This document shows, one piece after another, positions 1 through 9,904 of a DNA stretch of 64,000 bases; the first letter of the stretch is position 1; each line of letters starts with the position of its first letter. A program made the position numbers and the translations under genes. A model generated the notes under the pieces. That model was given only the letters and a program-made list of their open reading frames with translations. It made no database searches and was not told the DNA's origin. Source of the stretch: an uncultured Acidobacteriota bacterium (GTDB lineage Bacteria; Acidobacteriota; Polarisedimenticolia; J045); the NCBI GenBank assembly GCA_964420365.1, contig CAYQTA010000094.1, positions 100,514 to 164,513 of the forward strand. The letters are read 5' to 3'.

Positions 1-1497
1 CGACGCCGGGCGCGACGGGGCGGGCCGAGGCGACGCGTTCCCCGGGGGCTCCCCGCCCTCCTCGTCGTCGAAGTCGTCGAGGACGATCTCGAACCCCTCG
101 TCTTCCTCGCCGGCGGAAGAACCATCCCCGAGCGCGATCACCTCGCCGGCGGCGGGCGTCGGCGAGGCCGCCGGCCCGGGACGCAGCGCCGCCTCGACCT
201 CCTGCTCCAGCTCGGCGAGCCCGGGGAAGCCGGGCGAAACGGCGGCCACTTCCCGGAGGACGGCCCGCGCCCGGTCCGGCAGTCCGTGGGCCAGGAGGCG
301 ACGCGCCTCGATCAGGCGAGCCTCCAGGTGGGCCGGGTCGGGACCGCCGGGGCGACCGGGCGCGGCGGGGCTCCCGGCCGACGCCTCTCCCGGCGGGCCC
401 GGCGAATTCTCGACCCCCGGCGCTCCCGGTCGAGCCGGGGCCGCATCCTCCGCGCCACCAGGCCCGGCGGCCACGCCGGGCGAGTCCGGCTCGCTCGTCA
501 GGCGCTCGAGGAGTTCCATCGCCTCCGCCGCCCCGGGATCCCGGGTCAGGAGCCCGGAGAGGGAGCCGATCAGCAGGTCCCGCACCTCGTCGCCCCGCTC
601 GAGAAGCCCCCGAGCCCCCGCGAGGATCCCCCGCCGGGCACCCGCCACGTCCCCGAGATCGAGGAGCACTCGCCCCGCCCACAGGCGCGCCCGGGGCGGG
701 AGGCCGTCCCGCGCGAGGAGAGCCTCCACCGGCGCGGTCTCCGTCGGCCGGCCGGCGTGGTGGTCGAGGGAGACGCGGAGGAGCGTGAGTCCCGCGGCCA
801 CCCGTGGGTCGTCTCCGGCAAAAAGGGCCGCGTCCGGGGGCGGTGCCGCCTCCACGAGGGGAGGCAGGAGCGAGGGGAGGGCGTCGAGGGCGGAGAGGCC
901 CTCCCGGTCGGCCTCCAGGGCCTCCCGGAAGGCCACGACGGCCCCCTCCGGGTCGCCGGTCCGGGCGAGGACCTCGGCGAGGCCCGTCCGCGCCCGCGCC
1001 CGGGAGGCCGGGTCACCGGCGGCATCCGCAAGGCGGCACAGGGCGCGCCGCGACTCCACGTCGCGGGGGAAGGCATCGGCCAGGCGCCGCCAGGCCTCCG
1101 CCGCCCGTTCGCCGTCACCGCGCGCCTCCCAGGCCCGTGCGGCCAGGAGGAGGGGCTCCCGGGCGTCGGCGACCAGGCCCTGCTCCAGCGTGCGCTCGCC
1201 GAGGAGACCCAGCAGCTCCGGCTCCGGTTCCCCGAGGCGAATCGCCCGCCGCAGGACGGCGAGGGCACGGGCACGGTATCCACCGTTCCAGTAGTCCTCG
1301 GCGAGACGCCGGAAGACCTCCCGGGCCTCGGCCTCCCTCCCGGTACGGGCGAGGGCGTCCGCCAGGCGCTGCCGGATGGCCAGGTCGTTCGGGGTCCGTT
1401 CCAGGATCCGGGCGTAGATCTCCGCCGCGCGGGCGAGGTCCCCGCGCCTCGCCGCGCCCTCCGCCTCGCGGAGCAGGTCCTGGCGGGTGCTCGCCAC
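1..1497 (-). CDS. TPR-like helical-repeat protein with acidic C-terminal tail (partial; 3' end lies beyond window start)
   Basis: Not in the ORF track, because there is no in-window stop. I translated the minus strand manually. The frame is open without a stop from 1497 down to 1 (499 codons), reading ...AVASTRQDLLREAEGAARRGDLARAAEIYARILERTPNDLAIRQRLADALARTGREAEAREVFRRLAEDYWNGG...EEDEGFEIVLDDFDDEEGGEPPGN... A GTG at 1497 sits 4 nt after the rplS stop. The antisense plus-strand ORF 286..1524 is Arg/Pro-rich junk. Confidence 0.5.
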   Translation of the reverse strand, partial: MASTRQDLLREAEGAARRGDLARAAEIYARILERTPNDLAIRQRLADALARTGREAEAREVFRRLAEDYWNGGYRARALAVLRRAIRLGEPEPELLGLLGERTLEQGLVADAREPLLLAARAWEARGDGERAAEAWRRLADAFPRDVESRRALCRLADAAGDPASRARARTGLAEVLARTGDPEGAVVAFREALEADREGLSALDALPSLLPPLVEAAPPPDAALFAGDDPRVAAGLTLLRVSLDHHAGRPTETAPVEALLARDGLPPRARLWAGRVLLDLGDVAGARRGILAGARGLLERGDEVRDLLIGSLSGLLTRDPGAAEAMELLERLTSEPDSPGVAAGPGGAEDAAPARPGAPGVENSPGPPGEASAGSPAAPGRPGGPDPAHLEARLIEARRLLAHGLPDRARAVLREVAAVSPGFPGLAELEQEVEAALRPGPAASPTPAAGEVIALGDGSSAGEEDEGFEIVLDDFDDEEGGEPPGNASPRPAPSRPAS

Positions 1498-1501
1498 CGC
1501 C

Positions 1502-1861
1502 TCAGGCCCGGCGGCGCTCCTTGATCCGGGCCGCCTTGCCGGAGCGCTCCCGGAGGTAGTAGAGCTTCGCCCGGCGGACCCGGCCGTAACGGACCACCTC
1601 GATCTTCGCGATCATCGGCGAGTGCAGCGGGAACACCCGCTCGACGCCGATGCCGCCGGAGATCTTCCGCACGCGGAAGGTGGACCGCGTCGACTGCCTG
1701 CCGTGCTTCCGGCCGAGGACCACCCCCTGGAAGACCTGGATCCGCTCCTTCTCTCCCTCGCGGACCCGCACGTGGACCCGCACGGTGTCGCCGGGACCGA
1801 AGTCCGGGATGTCGGCCTTGAGCTGGGCCTGCTCGATGCTCCGGATGATGTCGTCACTCAT
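1502..1861 (-). CDS. rplS: 50S ribosomal protein L19
   Basis: The 119-aa translation [15 protein letters not shown]...[26 protein letters not shown] is the canonical L19 sequence. The gene closes the rpsP-rimM-trmD-rplS cluster. Confidence 0.95.
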   Translation of the reverse strand: MSDDIIRSIEQAQLKADIPDFGPGDTVRVHVRVREGEKERIQVFQGVVLGRKHGRQSTRSTFRVRKISGGIGVERVFPLHSPMIAKIEVVRYGRVRRAKLYYLRERSGKAARIKERRRA

Positions 1862-2606
1862 CGTCGCTTCCCTCGCGCGGGTCCCGCGGGGCGTCGCCCC
1901 CGCGGGCCCGGATCAGGTCGGGTCTCCGACGCCGGGTCCGCTCCAGCGCGGCTCCCCGGCGCCAGGCCTCGATCTTCGCGTGGTGCCCGGACAGCAGCAC
2001 GTCCGGCACCCGCCACCCGCGGAACTCCGCGGGCCGCGTGTAGTGGGGGTGGTCGAGCAGCGGCTCCTCGAAGGACTCGCGGACCAGCGAGGCGGGCTCC
2101 CCCACCACTCCCGGCACGAGCCGCGCGACGGCGTCGATGACGACCATCGCCGGGATCTCGCCACCGGAGAGAACATAGTCGCCGATGCTGATCTCGTCGT
2201 CCACCGCGTGTTCCCGCACGCGCTCGTCCACTCCCTCGTAGCGGCCGCAGAGGAACACCAGCCGTTCCACCGCGGCGAGTTCCCGGGCGACCCGCTGGTC
2301 GAACCGCCTGCCGGCCGGGTCCAGCAGGATCACCCGCGTCTCCTTCCCGGGGGCCTCGGCCCGGACCGCCTCCACCGCCCGGAAGAGGGGCTCGGGCTTG
2401 AGCACCATCCCGGCCCCGCCCCCGAAGGGCGTGTCGTCCACCACCCGGTGGGGCGGCTCCGCCCAGTCCCGGAGGTTCCGGGCGGTGAGCCGGAGCAGTC
2501 CCCGCTCGAGGGCCCGCCCGACCACGCCGAAGGCGAGGGGCCCCGGGAACATGTCCGGGAAGATCGTGATCACCACGAACTCCCGGAGCGGTGCCTCCCC
2601 GGTCAT
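1854..2606 (-). CDS. trmD: tRNA (guanine37-N1)-methyltransferase
   Basis: Internal Met of ORF 1854..3143, [20 protein letters not shown]...[13 protein letters not shown]...YEGVDERV...[12 protein letters not shown], gives about 250 aa. The ATG at 2606 overlaps the rimM stop as ATGA. The upstream 179 aa of the ORF is Gly/Arg-rich junk. Confidence 0.9.
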   Translation of the reverse strand: MTGEAPLREFVVITIFPDMFPGPLAFGVVGRALERGLLRLTARNLRDWAEPPHRVVDDTPFGGGAGMVLKPEPLFRAVEAVRAEAPGKETRVILLDPAGRRFDQRVARELAAVERLVFLCGRYEGVDERVREHAVDDEISIGDYVLSGGEIPAMVVIDAVARLVPGVVGEPASLVRESFEEPLLDHPHYTRPAEFRGWRVPDVLLSGHHAKIEAWRRGAALERTRRRRPDLIRARGGDAPRDPREGSDDE

Positions 2607-3184
2607 TCCCCCGCGCTCCCTCGCGGCCGGCGGCGGCGCGGCCGATCCACCGGTACCGCCCGGCCCGGGTCCAGCAACCCGTCCGGCGGGTCGACCACCA
2701 CGCGGCCCGCGGCGGGGTCGATCTCCCGGGTGATCGCCGGGGCCAGGGGAACCAGCACCTCGCCGCCCCGGTCGAGCCGGACGACGAGCAGGTCTCCCCC
2801 GGGAGCCTCGAGGACCCCTTCCACCACGCCGACCCGGTGCCCGTCCGGCAGTTCCACGACGAGGCCCGGCAGGTCGGCCTGGCAGGGATCTCCTCCCGCC
2901 AGGTTCGGCAGCGCGTCGGCGGGCGCCACGAGCACGCCCCCGGCAAGGTCCTCCGCGTCCCCGATCCCGGTCACCCCGTCCAGGGACAGGAGGTCCCGTT
3001 CCCCGAGCCGGCGCCAACCCCGGATCGTCACCTCCCGCCGCGCCCCGTCCGGGAGTTCCAGCACGTAGCGGGCTCCCGGCACCAGGCGCTCCTCCGGCCA
3101 GTCGGTGAACAGCTCCGCGAGCAGCTCCCCCTGCCGCCCCCACGGACGGCGGAGACGGGCGAGGATCACTTCCCGGCCGGGCAC
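2603..3184 (-). CDS. rimM: 16S rRNA processing protein RimM
   Basis: 193 aa with [33 protein letters not shown]..., matching the RimM N-terminal beta-barrel pattern (GxxGxxGEV...TDFPEERF). Position between the KH protein and trmD is conserved synteny. Confidence 0.85.
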   Translation of the reverse strand: MPGREVILARLRRPWGRQGELLAELFTDWPEERLVPGARYVLELPDGARREVTIRGWRRLGERDLLSLDGVTGIGDAEDLAGGVLVAPADALPNLAGGDPCQADLPGLVVELPDGHRVGVVEGVLEAPGGDLLVVRLDRGGEVLVPLAPAITREIDPAAGRVVVDPPDGLLDPGRAVPVDRPRRRRPRGSAGE

Positions 3185-3196
3185 GTCACCTACCTG

Positions 3197-3448
3197 CTAC
3201 CCCGGGACCTCGACCTCGAAGCGCCGGTGGTGCCGGTGGGCGGAGATCGCGGAGAGGACCCGGAGGGACCGGATCGTCATTCCCTCCTTGCCGATCACCT
3301 GGCCCCGGTCCTCCGGGGCACAGCGGATCTCGAAGCGGGTCGCCCGGCGTCCGTCGACCACCCGGACCTCGACCTGGTCCGGGTGAGCGACCAGGGCCCT
3401 GGCGACCTGGCCGAGAGCCGCCTGCATCCGCGCGTCGTCCCGGTTCAC
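3197..3448 (-). CDS. KH-domain RNA-binding protein (YlqC/UPF0109 family)
   Basis: 83 aa with ...RFEIRCAPEDRGQVIGKEGMTIRSLRVLSAIS, a KH fold (GxxG). It sits between rpsP and rimM as in many bacteria. Its start overlaps the rpsP stop as ATGA. Confidence 0.75.
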   Translation of the reverse strand: MNRDDARMQAALGQVARALVAHPDQVEVRVVDGRRATRFEIRCAPEDRGQVIGKEGMTIRSLRVLSAISAHRHHRRFEVEVPG

Positions 3449-3714
3449 TCGGCGGCCTCCGCGGAGGCTTCCTGCATCGCCTTCACCTTCTTCACCAGGC
3501 TGCGGACCGTGTCCGAGGCGTGGGCGCCCCTGGCGATCCAGCCCTCGTACTTCTCGACGTCGATCCAGAGCGACGGCTTCTTCCGCTCGGACGGGTCGTA
3601 GTACCCGAGGATCTCGACGTTGGGACCCGTCGGGGTGTTCCGCGAGTCGGAGACCACCACCCGGAAGAACGGGTGGTTGCGGGACCCTTCCCGCCGGAGC
3701 CTGATCTTGAGCAC
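3445..3714 (-). CDS. rpsP: 30S ribosomal protein S16
   Basis: C-terminal 89 aa of ORF 3445..5133: VLKIRLRREGSRNHPFFRVVVSDSRNTPTGPNVEILGYYDP... GTG at 3714, preceded by a GGAGAAG/GGAAGG ribosome-binding site. The upstream ORF extension is the junk antisense of ffh. Confidence 0.9.
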   Translation of the reverse strand: MLKIRLRREGSRNHPFFRVVVSDSRNTPTGPNVEILGYYDPSERKKPSLWIDVEKYEGWIARGAHASDTVRSLVKKVKAMQEASAEAAE

Positions 3715-3731
3715 GGTAGCTTCTCCTTCCT

Positions 3732-5060
3732 TCAGCGGCCGAGCAGGCGGCGCAGCCGGTTCTTGCCCGGCGCCCCGCCGAGCTTCTTCATCATCTTCTG
3801 CATGTCGAGGAACTGCTTCAGCAGCCGGTTGACCTCCTGGACCGAGGTCCCCGAACCGCGGGCGATCCGCTTGCGCCGGGAACCGTTGAGGATCCGGTGG
3901 TTCCGGCGCTCCTCGGCGGTCATCGAGTTGATGATCGCCTCCATCCGGGCGACCTGGCGGGTGTCCACCTCGGCGTCCTCCGGGAGCTTCACCCCGGGGA
4001 TCATCCCGAGCACCTGCTCGAGGGGCCCCATCTTGCGCAACTGCCTCAGGGTCGCCCGGAAATCCTCCAGGGTGAACTGGCGGCGTCGGACGGCCTTCTC
4101 GAGGCGTTCCGCCTCCTCCCGGTCGAACGCCTCCTCGGCCTTCTCGATCAGGCCGAGGACGTCCCCCATGCCGAGGATCCGGCCCGCCATCCGCGCCGGG
4201 TCGAACGGCTCGATCGCGTCGACCTTCTCGCCGATGCCGGCGAAACGGACGGGCACGCCGGTGACCGCCGCGACGGAAAGGGCGGCACCGCCCCGCGCGT
4301 CTCCATCCAGCTTCGTCAGGATCACCCCGGTGAGCGGGACCCGTTCGCGGAACGCCCGTGCCGACGTGACGGCGTCCTGCCCGGTCATCGCGTCCGCCAC
4401 GTAGAGGATCTCGACCGGCTCGACCGCGGCGACGAGCTCTTCCAGCTCGGCCATCAGCTCCTCGTCCACGTGGAGCCGGCCCGCGGTGTCGAGGAGGACG
4501 ACGTCGAATCCCTTCTCGCGGGCATGGCGGACGGCCTCCCGGGCCCGCTCGACCGGGGTCCCGCTCCCGTCGTGCTCGTAGGCCGCGATGCCGGCCGTCC
4601 GAGCCACCTGGATCGCCTGGAGGACCGCCGCCGGGCGGGCCAGGTCGACCGGGGCGACCAGCGGGTGCTTCCCCCGGGCCTTGAGCCAGCGGCCGAGCTT
4701 CCCCGCGGTGGTCGTTTTCCCGGACCCCTGCAGACCGACCAGCATGTAGACGGACGGAGGCCGGGAGGCCACGGCCAGCGGGCGGGTCGCCTCGTCTCCA
4801 CCGAGGAGCCGGACCAGCTCGTCCCGGACGATGCGGACGACGGCCTGCCCGGGGGTCAGGCTCTTGAGCACCTCCTCGCCGAGCGCCTTCTCGCGAACGG
4901 TGGCGAGGAAGTTCCGGACGACCTTGAACGACACGTCCGCTTCGAGCAGGGCCAGACGGATCTCCCGGAGGGCCCGGTCCAGGTCCTTCTCGGTGATCCG
5001 CCCCCCCGACCGGAGGCGGTCGAGGACGCCGGTCAGGCGCTCGGTGAGCGAGTCGAACAA
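3732..5060 (-). CDS. ffh: Signal recognition particle protein Ffh
   Basis: 442 aa: MFDSLTERLTGVLDRL..., GLQGSGKTTTAGKL, DTAGRLH, the M-domain (RILGMGDVLGLIEKA...), and a C-terminal basic tail. Confidence 0.95.
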   Translation of the reverse strand: MFDSLTERLTGVLDRLRSGGRITEKDLDRALREIRLALLEADVSFKVVRNFLATVREKALGEEVLKSLTPGQAVVRIVRDELVRLLGGDEATRPLAVASRPPSVYMLVGLQGSGKTTTAGKLGRWLKARGKHPLVAPVDLARPAAVLQAIQVARTAGIAAYEHDGSGTPVERAREAVRHAREKGFDVVLLDTAGRLHVDEELMAELEELVAAVEPVEILYVADAMTGQDAVTSARAFRERVPLTGVILTKLDGDARGGAALSVAAVTGVPVRFAGIGEKVDAIEPFDPARMAGRILGMGDVLGLIEKAEEAFDREEAERLEKAVRRRQFTLEDFRATLRQLRKMGPLEQVLGMIPGVKLPEDAEVDTRQVARMEAIINSMTAEERRNHRILNGSRRKRIARGSGTSVQEVNRLLKQFLDMQKMMKKLGGAPGKNRLRRLLGR

Positions 5061-5160
5061 GAGTCCACCCTCCGCGCCCCGGGCGGGGCGCGCGAAACCC
5101 CCGGCACGATAGCACGATCCACCGTCCCGTCAAGAAGATGCGGGCGGGCGTGGGACCGGC

Positions 5161-6363
5161 TCAGACGTCGCCCAGCAGGTGGCCGAGCTTGAGCTTCTTC
5201 GTTCTCAGGTAGGCGACGTTCTCCTCGTTCGGAGGGATCTCGAGGGGCACCCGCTCGACGATCTCGAGGCCGTACCCCTTGAGAGCGACGAACTTCCGCG
5301 GGTTGTTGGTCAGGAGGCGGATCTTGCGTACCCCGAGCTCGTGGAGGATCTGGGCCCCGATCCCGTAGTCCCGCTGGTCGGCCCGGAACCCGAGGGCGAG
5401 GTTCGCCTCGACGGTGTCCTTCCCCTCGTCCTGGATCTCGTAGGCTCGCAGCTTGTTCGCGAGCCCGATCCCCCGTCCCTCCTGGCGAAGGTAGAGGATC
5501 ACGCCCCGCCCCTCGTCCTGGACCATCCGCATGGCGCGATGGAGCTGGCTCCCGCAGTCGCACCGGCGGGAGGCGAAGACGTCCCCGGTCAGGCACTCCG
5601 AGTGGACCCGGACGAGGACCGGCTCGTCGGGATCGATCTCGCCGACGACCAGCGCCAGGTGGGTCTGGCCGTCGACGTCGTTCTCGAACGCGTGGAGCGT
5701 GAACTCCCCGTAATCGGTGGGAAGCCGGGGGCTCGCCACCCGGCGGACCAGCCGCTCGTGCGCCATCCGGTACCGGATCAGGTCGGCGATCGTGATCATC
5801 TTGAGCCCGTGCTCGGCGCAGAACGCCTCGAGGTCCGGCACCCGGGCCATCGTGCCGTCCTCCTTCATCACCTCGCAGATCACGCCGGCCGGGTAGAGCC
5901 CGGCGAGCCGGGCCAGGTCGACCGCGGCCTCGGTCTGGCCCGCGCGCTGGAGCACGCCCCCGGGGGCCGCCCGCAGCGGGAACATGTGCCCGGGGCGCAG
6001 CAGGTCCTCCGGCCGGGTCGCCGGGTCGATCGCCGCCCGGACCGTCGCCGCACGATCCGCGGCGGAGATGCCGGTCGTCGTCCCGACGCGGGCCTCGATC
6101 GACACGCAGAACGCGGTCTGGAACCGGGTCGTGTTCTCCGGGACCATCAGCGGGATCTTCAGCTCGTCGAGCCGTTCCCCGGTCATCGGCAGGCAGATCA
6201 GCCCGCGCCCGTGCTTCGCCATGAAGTTGATCGCCTCGGGAGTGACCTTCTCCGCGGCGATGGTGAGGTCCCCCTCGTTCTCCCGGTCCTCGTCGTCCAC
6301 GACGACGATCATCCGCCCGGCGCGGATCTCCTCGAGGGCCTCCTCGATGGTGGCGAACGGCAT
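5161..6363 (-). CDS. ribBA: Bifunctional 3,4-dihydroxy-2-butanone-4-phosphate synthase / GTP cyclohydrolase II
   Basis: C-terminal 400 aa of ORF 5161..7974: [33 protein letters not shown]... (DHBP synthase), then ...[23 protein letters not shown]...[20 protein letters not shown] (GTP cyclohydrolase II). ATG at 6363. Confidence 0.9.
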   Translation of the reverse strand: MPFATIEEALEEIRAGRMIVVVDDEDRENEGDLTIAAEKVTPEAINFMAKHGRGLICLPMTGERLDELKIPLMVPENTTRFQTAFCVSIEARVGTTTGISAADRAATVRAAIDPATRPEDLLRPGHMFPLRAAPGGVLQRAGQTEAAVDLARLAGLYPAGVICEVMKEDGTMARVPDLEAFCAEHGLKMITIADLIRYRMAHERLVRRVASPRLPTDYGEFTLHAFENDVDGQTHLALVVGEIDPDEPVLVRVHSECLTGDVFASRRCDCGSQLHRAMRMVQDEGRGVILYLRQEGRGIGLANKLRAYEIQDEGKDTVEANLALGFRADQRDYGIGAQILHELGVRKIRLLTNNPRKFVALKGYGLEIVERVPLEIPPNEENVAYLRTKKLKLGHLLGDV

Positions 6364-6374
6364 CTCCCGCTCCT

Positions 6375-6968
6375 TCAACGCCCCCGCCCCGCGGCGGCGG
6401 CCTTGAGCATCACGTCCCACTCCACGCAGAGCCGATCCCCCGGCCGGCGACGGCCCAGCGTCGTCCGGGCGAGGGTTTCCGGCACCAGGGCGACCTCGAA
6501 CCAGCCCCCTCCGAGGCGGGCCACCGTCAGACTGACCCCGTCGAGGGCGACCGAACCCTTCTCGACGACGAGGGGCCGACCGCCCCGGGGCAGCTCCACC
6601 CGGAGCACCGCCCCGCCACCCGCCACCCGTCGCAGGCCGAGGACGCGCACCTCCTGGTCCACGTGTCCCTGCACCAGGTGGCCGCCCATCCGGTCGCCGG
6701 CCCGGAGGGCCCGCTCGAGGTGGACCTCCCGCCCCGGCCTCCAGCGGCGGCTCCCGCCGGTCCGGGCCAGCGTCTCCGGCGACAGGTCCGCCCGGAACGA
6801 CCCGGGCCGCGTGATCGTCACCGTGAGACAGCAGCCATCGACCGCGATGCTCTCCCCCGGTTCCACGGGTTCCCCGGGCAGGGCGTGGCGCACCTCGAGG
6901 TCCAGGCCGGCCCCGACCCGGCGGGCGGCCACGATCCGGCCGACGTCCTGGACGAGCCCGGTGAACAA
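6375..6968 (-). CDS. ribE: Riboflavin synthase alpha subunit
   Basis: C-terminal 197 aa of ORF 6375..8000: [13 protein letters not shown]...[11 protein letters not shown]...GHLVQGHVD...[12 protein letters not shown] (duplicated lumazine-binding repeats). TTG start at 6968 with a GAGGAGGGG ribosome-binding site 5 nt upstream. No in-frame ATG is nearby. Confidence 0.8.
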   Translation of the reverse strand: MFTGLVQDVGRIVAARRVGAGLDLEVRHALPGEPVEPGESIAVDGCCLTVTITRPGSFRADLSPETLARTGGSRRWRPGREVHLERALRAGDRMGGHLVQGHVDQEVRVLGLRRVAGGGAVLRVELPRGGRPLVVEKGSVALDGVSLTVARLGGGWFEVALVPETLARTTLGRRRPGDRLCVEWDVMLKAAAAGRGR

Positions 6969-7009
6969 GGGTGCCCCTCCTCGCGAAGGACCCGGGACCG
7001 GCGGGGCTC

Positions 7010-8131
7010 TCAGGGCCGGGCCGGGCGGGCGACGACGTGGATATCGTCCCCCACCCGCTCGACCTCCGCAATCCGGAACCGGAGCCGTTCCCCGAGGAGG
7101 CGCGGGCCACCGTCCACGGCCGGGCGGGCCTCCCGGTCCCCGAGCATTGCCGGCGCGAGGAACCAGTCGAGCCGGTCGACGAGCCCCGCGTCGTGGAACC
7201 GGGCCGCCGCCCGCCCCCCGCCCTCGAGCAGGGCGGCCAGGACGCCCCGCCCCCCCAGCTCCCGGAGCAGGGCGAGCGGCTCGACCGCGAGGGGATCGTC
7301 CCCCGCGGCCGGGAGGACGACGATCTCCGCCCCGGCTGCCGCCAGCGGACCCGGGTCCCCGGAGGCAAGCCCGTCGCGGGTCGTGCAGACGAGGACGGGG
7401 GAGTCCGGTCCCTCGCGGAAGAGGCGCGCGGTCGGCGGCGTTCGCAGTCGACCGTCGAGAACGACCCGGAGGAACGGAGGCGTCTGCCCCCGTGTCGGGG
7501 GAAGCAGCACCGGGTCGTCCGCGAGCACGGTCTCCGCGCCGACCACGATCGCTCCGCAACGATCCCGCAGCTCCCGGCCCCGGGCCCGTGCCGCCTCCCC
7601 GGTGATCCAGCGGGACCGGCCCTCCCGGTCGGCGATCTTCCCGTCCATGGTGACCGCCGCCTTGTGGAGCAGGAACGCCCGGCCCTCGCTCCGGTGGACC
7701 AGGTAGTCCTCCAGCGTCTCCTCCGCCGCCCGCGCCAGCTCGCCCCGGACGAGCTCCACCCGCACGCCGGCTTCCTCGAGGATCCGGATCCCGGAGCCCC
7801 GGACCCGCGGATCCGGGTCGACCAGCCCGACGACGACCCGGCCGATTCCCCTCTCGACGATCCGCCGGGCGCACGCCGGGGTCCGCCCCTCGTGGCTGCA
7901 CGGTTCCAGGGTGACGAAGAGGGTGGCCCCCCGCGCCAGCTCGCCCGCCTCGTCCAGGGCGATCGCCTCGGCATGGGGTTCCCCCGCCCGCCGGTGCCAC
8001 CCCTCGGCGACGACCTTCCCCTCCCGGACGATCACGGCCCCCACCCGGGGATTGGGGGCGGTGAACCGCCCGCCCCGGGCGGCCAGCTCGAGGGCGCGCC
8101 GGAACGCGCGGGCGTCCGCCTCCCCGGTCAC
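7010..8131 (-). CDS. ribD: Riboflavin biosynthesis protein RibD (deaminase/reductase)
   Basis: 373 aa: [20 protein letters not shown]...[10 protein letters not shown]...HAEAIAL...[16 protein letters not shown] (CMP/dCMP deaminase zinc motif), then a RibD C-terminal reductase domain. The start overlaps the ftsY stop as ATGA. Confidence 0.9.
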   Translation of the reverse strand: MTGEADARAFRRALELAARGGRFTAPNPRVGAVIVREGKVVAEGWHRRAGEPHAEAIALDEAGELARGATLFVTLEPCSHEGRTPACARRIVERGIGRVVVGLVDPDPRVRGSGIRILEEAGVRVELVRGELARAAEETLEDYLVHRSEGRAFLLHKAAVTMDGKIADREGRSRWITGEAARARGRELRDRCGAIVVGAETVLADDPVLLPPTRGQTPPFLRVVLDGRLRTPPTARLFREGPDSPVLVCTTRDGLASGDPGPLAAAGAEIVVLPAAGDDPLAVEPLALLRELGGRGVLAALLEGGGRAAARFHDAGLVDRLDWFLAPAMLGDREARPAVDGGPRLLGERLRFRIAEVERVGDDIHVVARPARP

Positions 8132-9069
8132 GCCGCCCCGCCGGCGGGCTCGAGCAGCCCGCGCACGTACTCCCGGGCGTCGAAGTCGAGAAGGTCGTCC
8201 ACCCCCTCCCCCATGCCGACGTAGCGGACCGGGAGACCGAGTTCCCGGCCGATCGCGATCGCGACGCCTCCCCTCGCCGTCCCGTCCAGCTTCGTCAGGA
8301 CGAGCCCGGTCACCGGGGTGACCCGGGCGAACTCCCTGGCCTGGAGGATCGCGTTCCGGCCGGTCGTGCCGTCGAGGACGAGCAGCGTGTCATGGGGGGC
8401 GCCCGGGATCGTCCTGCTGACCGAGCGGGAAATCTTCGCCAGCTCGTCCATCAGCGGTTTCTTGTTGTGAAGCCGGCCCGCGGTATCGACCAGCAGCTCG
8501 TCGGCCCCCGAGGCGGCCGCGGCCTTCGCCGCGTCGAAGGCGACCGCGGCCGGGTCGGCACCGTGCCCGGCGCGGATCACCCGGGCGCCCGCCCGCTCCC
8601 CCCAGACGACGAGCTGCTCCACCGCCGCGGCGCGGAACGTGTCGGCCGCGGCCACGACGACCTTCCTGCCCTCCCGCGCCCACCGCGCGGCCAGCTTGCC
8701 GGTCGTCGTCGTCTTCCCCGAGCCGTTGACACCGACCAGCAGGGTGACCCGCGGGCCGGACTCCGGGCGGGTCTCGGGAAACGGCGGCGGCAGGAGGGCG
8801 AGGAGCTCCTCCTCGAGCATCCGCGCCAGCTCGTCCGGGCCGGAGACCCGTTTCCCGAGGACCTTCTCCTCGAGCCCGTCCCGGAGTTCCATCGCCAGCT
8901 CTGCTCCCAGGTCGGCGAGGACGAGCGCCTCCTCCAGCTCGTCGAGCATCTCGCCATCGACCTCCCGGCCGCCGCTGCCGGCAGGCAGGATCGTCCCGAT
9001 GCGCTCCCGGAGGCTCTCCCGCGTCTTCCTGAGGCCGTTCCGGATCGTGTCACGAAGCCGTCCGAGCAT
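8128..9069 (-). CDS. ftsY: Signal recognition particle receptor FtsY (short form)
   Basis: C-terminal 313 aa of ORF 8128..9927: MLGRLRDTIRNGLRKTRESL...LVGVNGSGKTTTTGKLA...DTAGRLHNKKPLMDEL...TKLDGTARGG. ATG at 9069 overlaps the upstream stop as ATGA. Confidence 0.9.
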   Translation of the reverse strand: MLGRLRDTIRNGLRKTRESLRERIGTILPAGSGGREVDGEMLDELEEALVLADLGAELAMELRDGLEEKVLGKRVSGPDELARMLEEELLALLPPPFPETRPESGPRVTLLVGVNGSGKTTTTGKLAARWAREGRKVVVAAADTFRAAAVEQLVVWGERAGARVIRAGHGADPAAVAFDAAKAAAASGADELLVDTAGRLHNKKPLMDELAKISRSVSRTIPGAPHDTLLVLDGTTGRNAILQAREFARVTPVTGLVLTKLDGTARGGVAIAIGRELGLPVRYVGMGEGVDDLLDFDAREYVRGLLEPAGGAA

Positions 9070-9851
9070 CAGCCGATCACCTCCAGGAGCTCCTTCGCCT
9101 TCTCCGCCCACGTGGACCCGGGCGCGAGCTCGAGGACACGGCGCAGGTGCCCGGCCGCCTCGTCCATCCTTCCCGCGCGGAACAGGGCCGAGCCCCATTC
9201 GTACAGGAAGAGCGGGTCGTCGGGAAACCCCGGGGCGGCCACGCCGTACTCCGCGAGCGCCTCGTCGGCCCGGCCGAGTTCCTCGAGCAGGCGCGCGAGT
9301 TCCCAGTGTCCCCGGTAGTACTGGGGGCGCACCTCCACCGCGCGCCGCAGGTCGGCGAGCGCCAGGTCGGTGCGCCCCATCCGCTTCTCGATCAGCGCCC
9401 GGTTCAGCCAGATCTTTTCCGGGAAGGCATAGGCCCGGTTGGCGAGGGCCCGGGTGAGAACATCGATCGCCTCCCGGGGACGCCCCAGCTTCTCGAGACA
9501 GGTGGCGAGGAGCATGCTCGCGTCGGTGTACCCGGGATTCGCCTCGAGGGCGCGCCGGAACGCCCGGGCCGCGTCCTCCCAGGCCTCCCGGCTCCAGTGG
9601 ACGTAACCCTCGTAGTAGTAGAGCACGGGGAGGATCTTCGCCTCCCGCCCCGCCATCCGGATCGCCTTCCGGATCTCCTCGAGGGCGAGGGGGGCGTTCC
9701 CCTGCTCGAAGTAGGCCTGGGCCAGCTTGTAGTGCTGCAGGGGCCCGTCCTTCGGCGGCGGCGACTCCGCGGGCCCGGGAGTGGCGCACCCGGGCGCCAG
9801 GAGCGCCGCCAGCAGCACCGCCGCGGCCAGGATCGAACCCGGCTTCCGCAT
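9069..9851 (-). CDS. TPR-repeat lipoprotein (BamD/PilF-like architecture; function unassigned)
   Basis: C-terminal 260 aa of ORF 9069..11342: MRKPGSILAAAVLLAALLAPGCAT (signal peptide plus lipobox Cys), followed by several TPR-like helical repeats. ATG at 9851. Confidence 0.7.
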   Translation of the reverse strand: MRKPGSILAAAVLLAALLAPGCATPGPAESPPPKDGPLQHYKLAQAYFEQGNAPLALEEIRKAIRMAGREAKILPVLYYYEGYVHWSREAWEDAARAFRRALEANPGYTDASMLLATCLEKLGRPREAIDVLTRALANRAYAFPEKIWLNRALIEKRMGRTDLALADLRRAVEVRPQYYRGHWELARLLEELGRADEALAEYGVAAPGFPDDPLFLYEWGSALFRAGRMDEAAGHLRRVLELAPGSTWAEKAKELLEVIG

Positions 9852-9904
9852 CGTCGTCTCCTCCGCGTTCCCCGCCCGGGTCGACGCCCCGGCAGGATAG
9901 CCCA

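Noticed and set aside
286-1524. Plus-strand 412-aa ORF (and nested ORFs 570..1283 minus, 785..1294 plus, 804..1559 plus) at the left edge.
   Set aside because: Their translations are Arg/Ser/Pro/Gly repeats. The minus-strand frame through the same DNA encodes a coherent TPR-like protein downstream of rplS.
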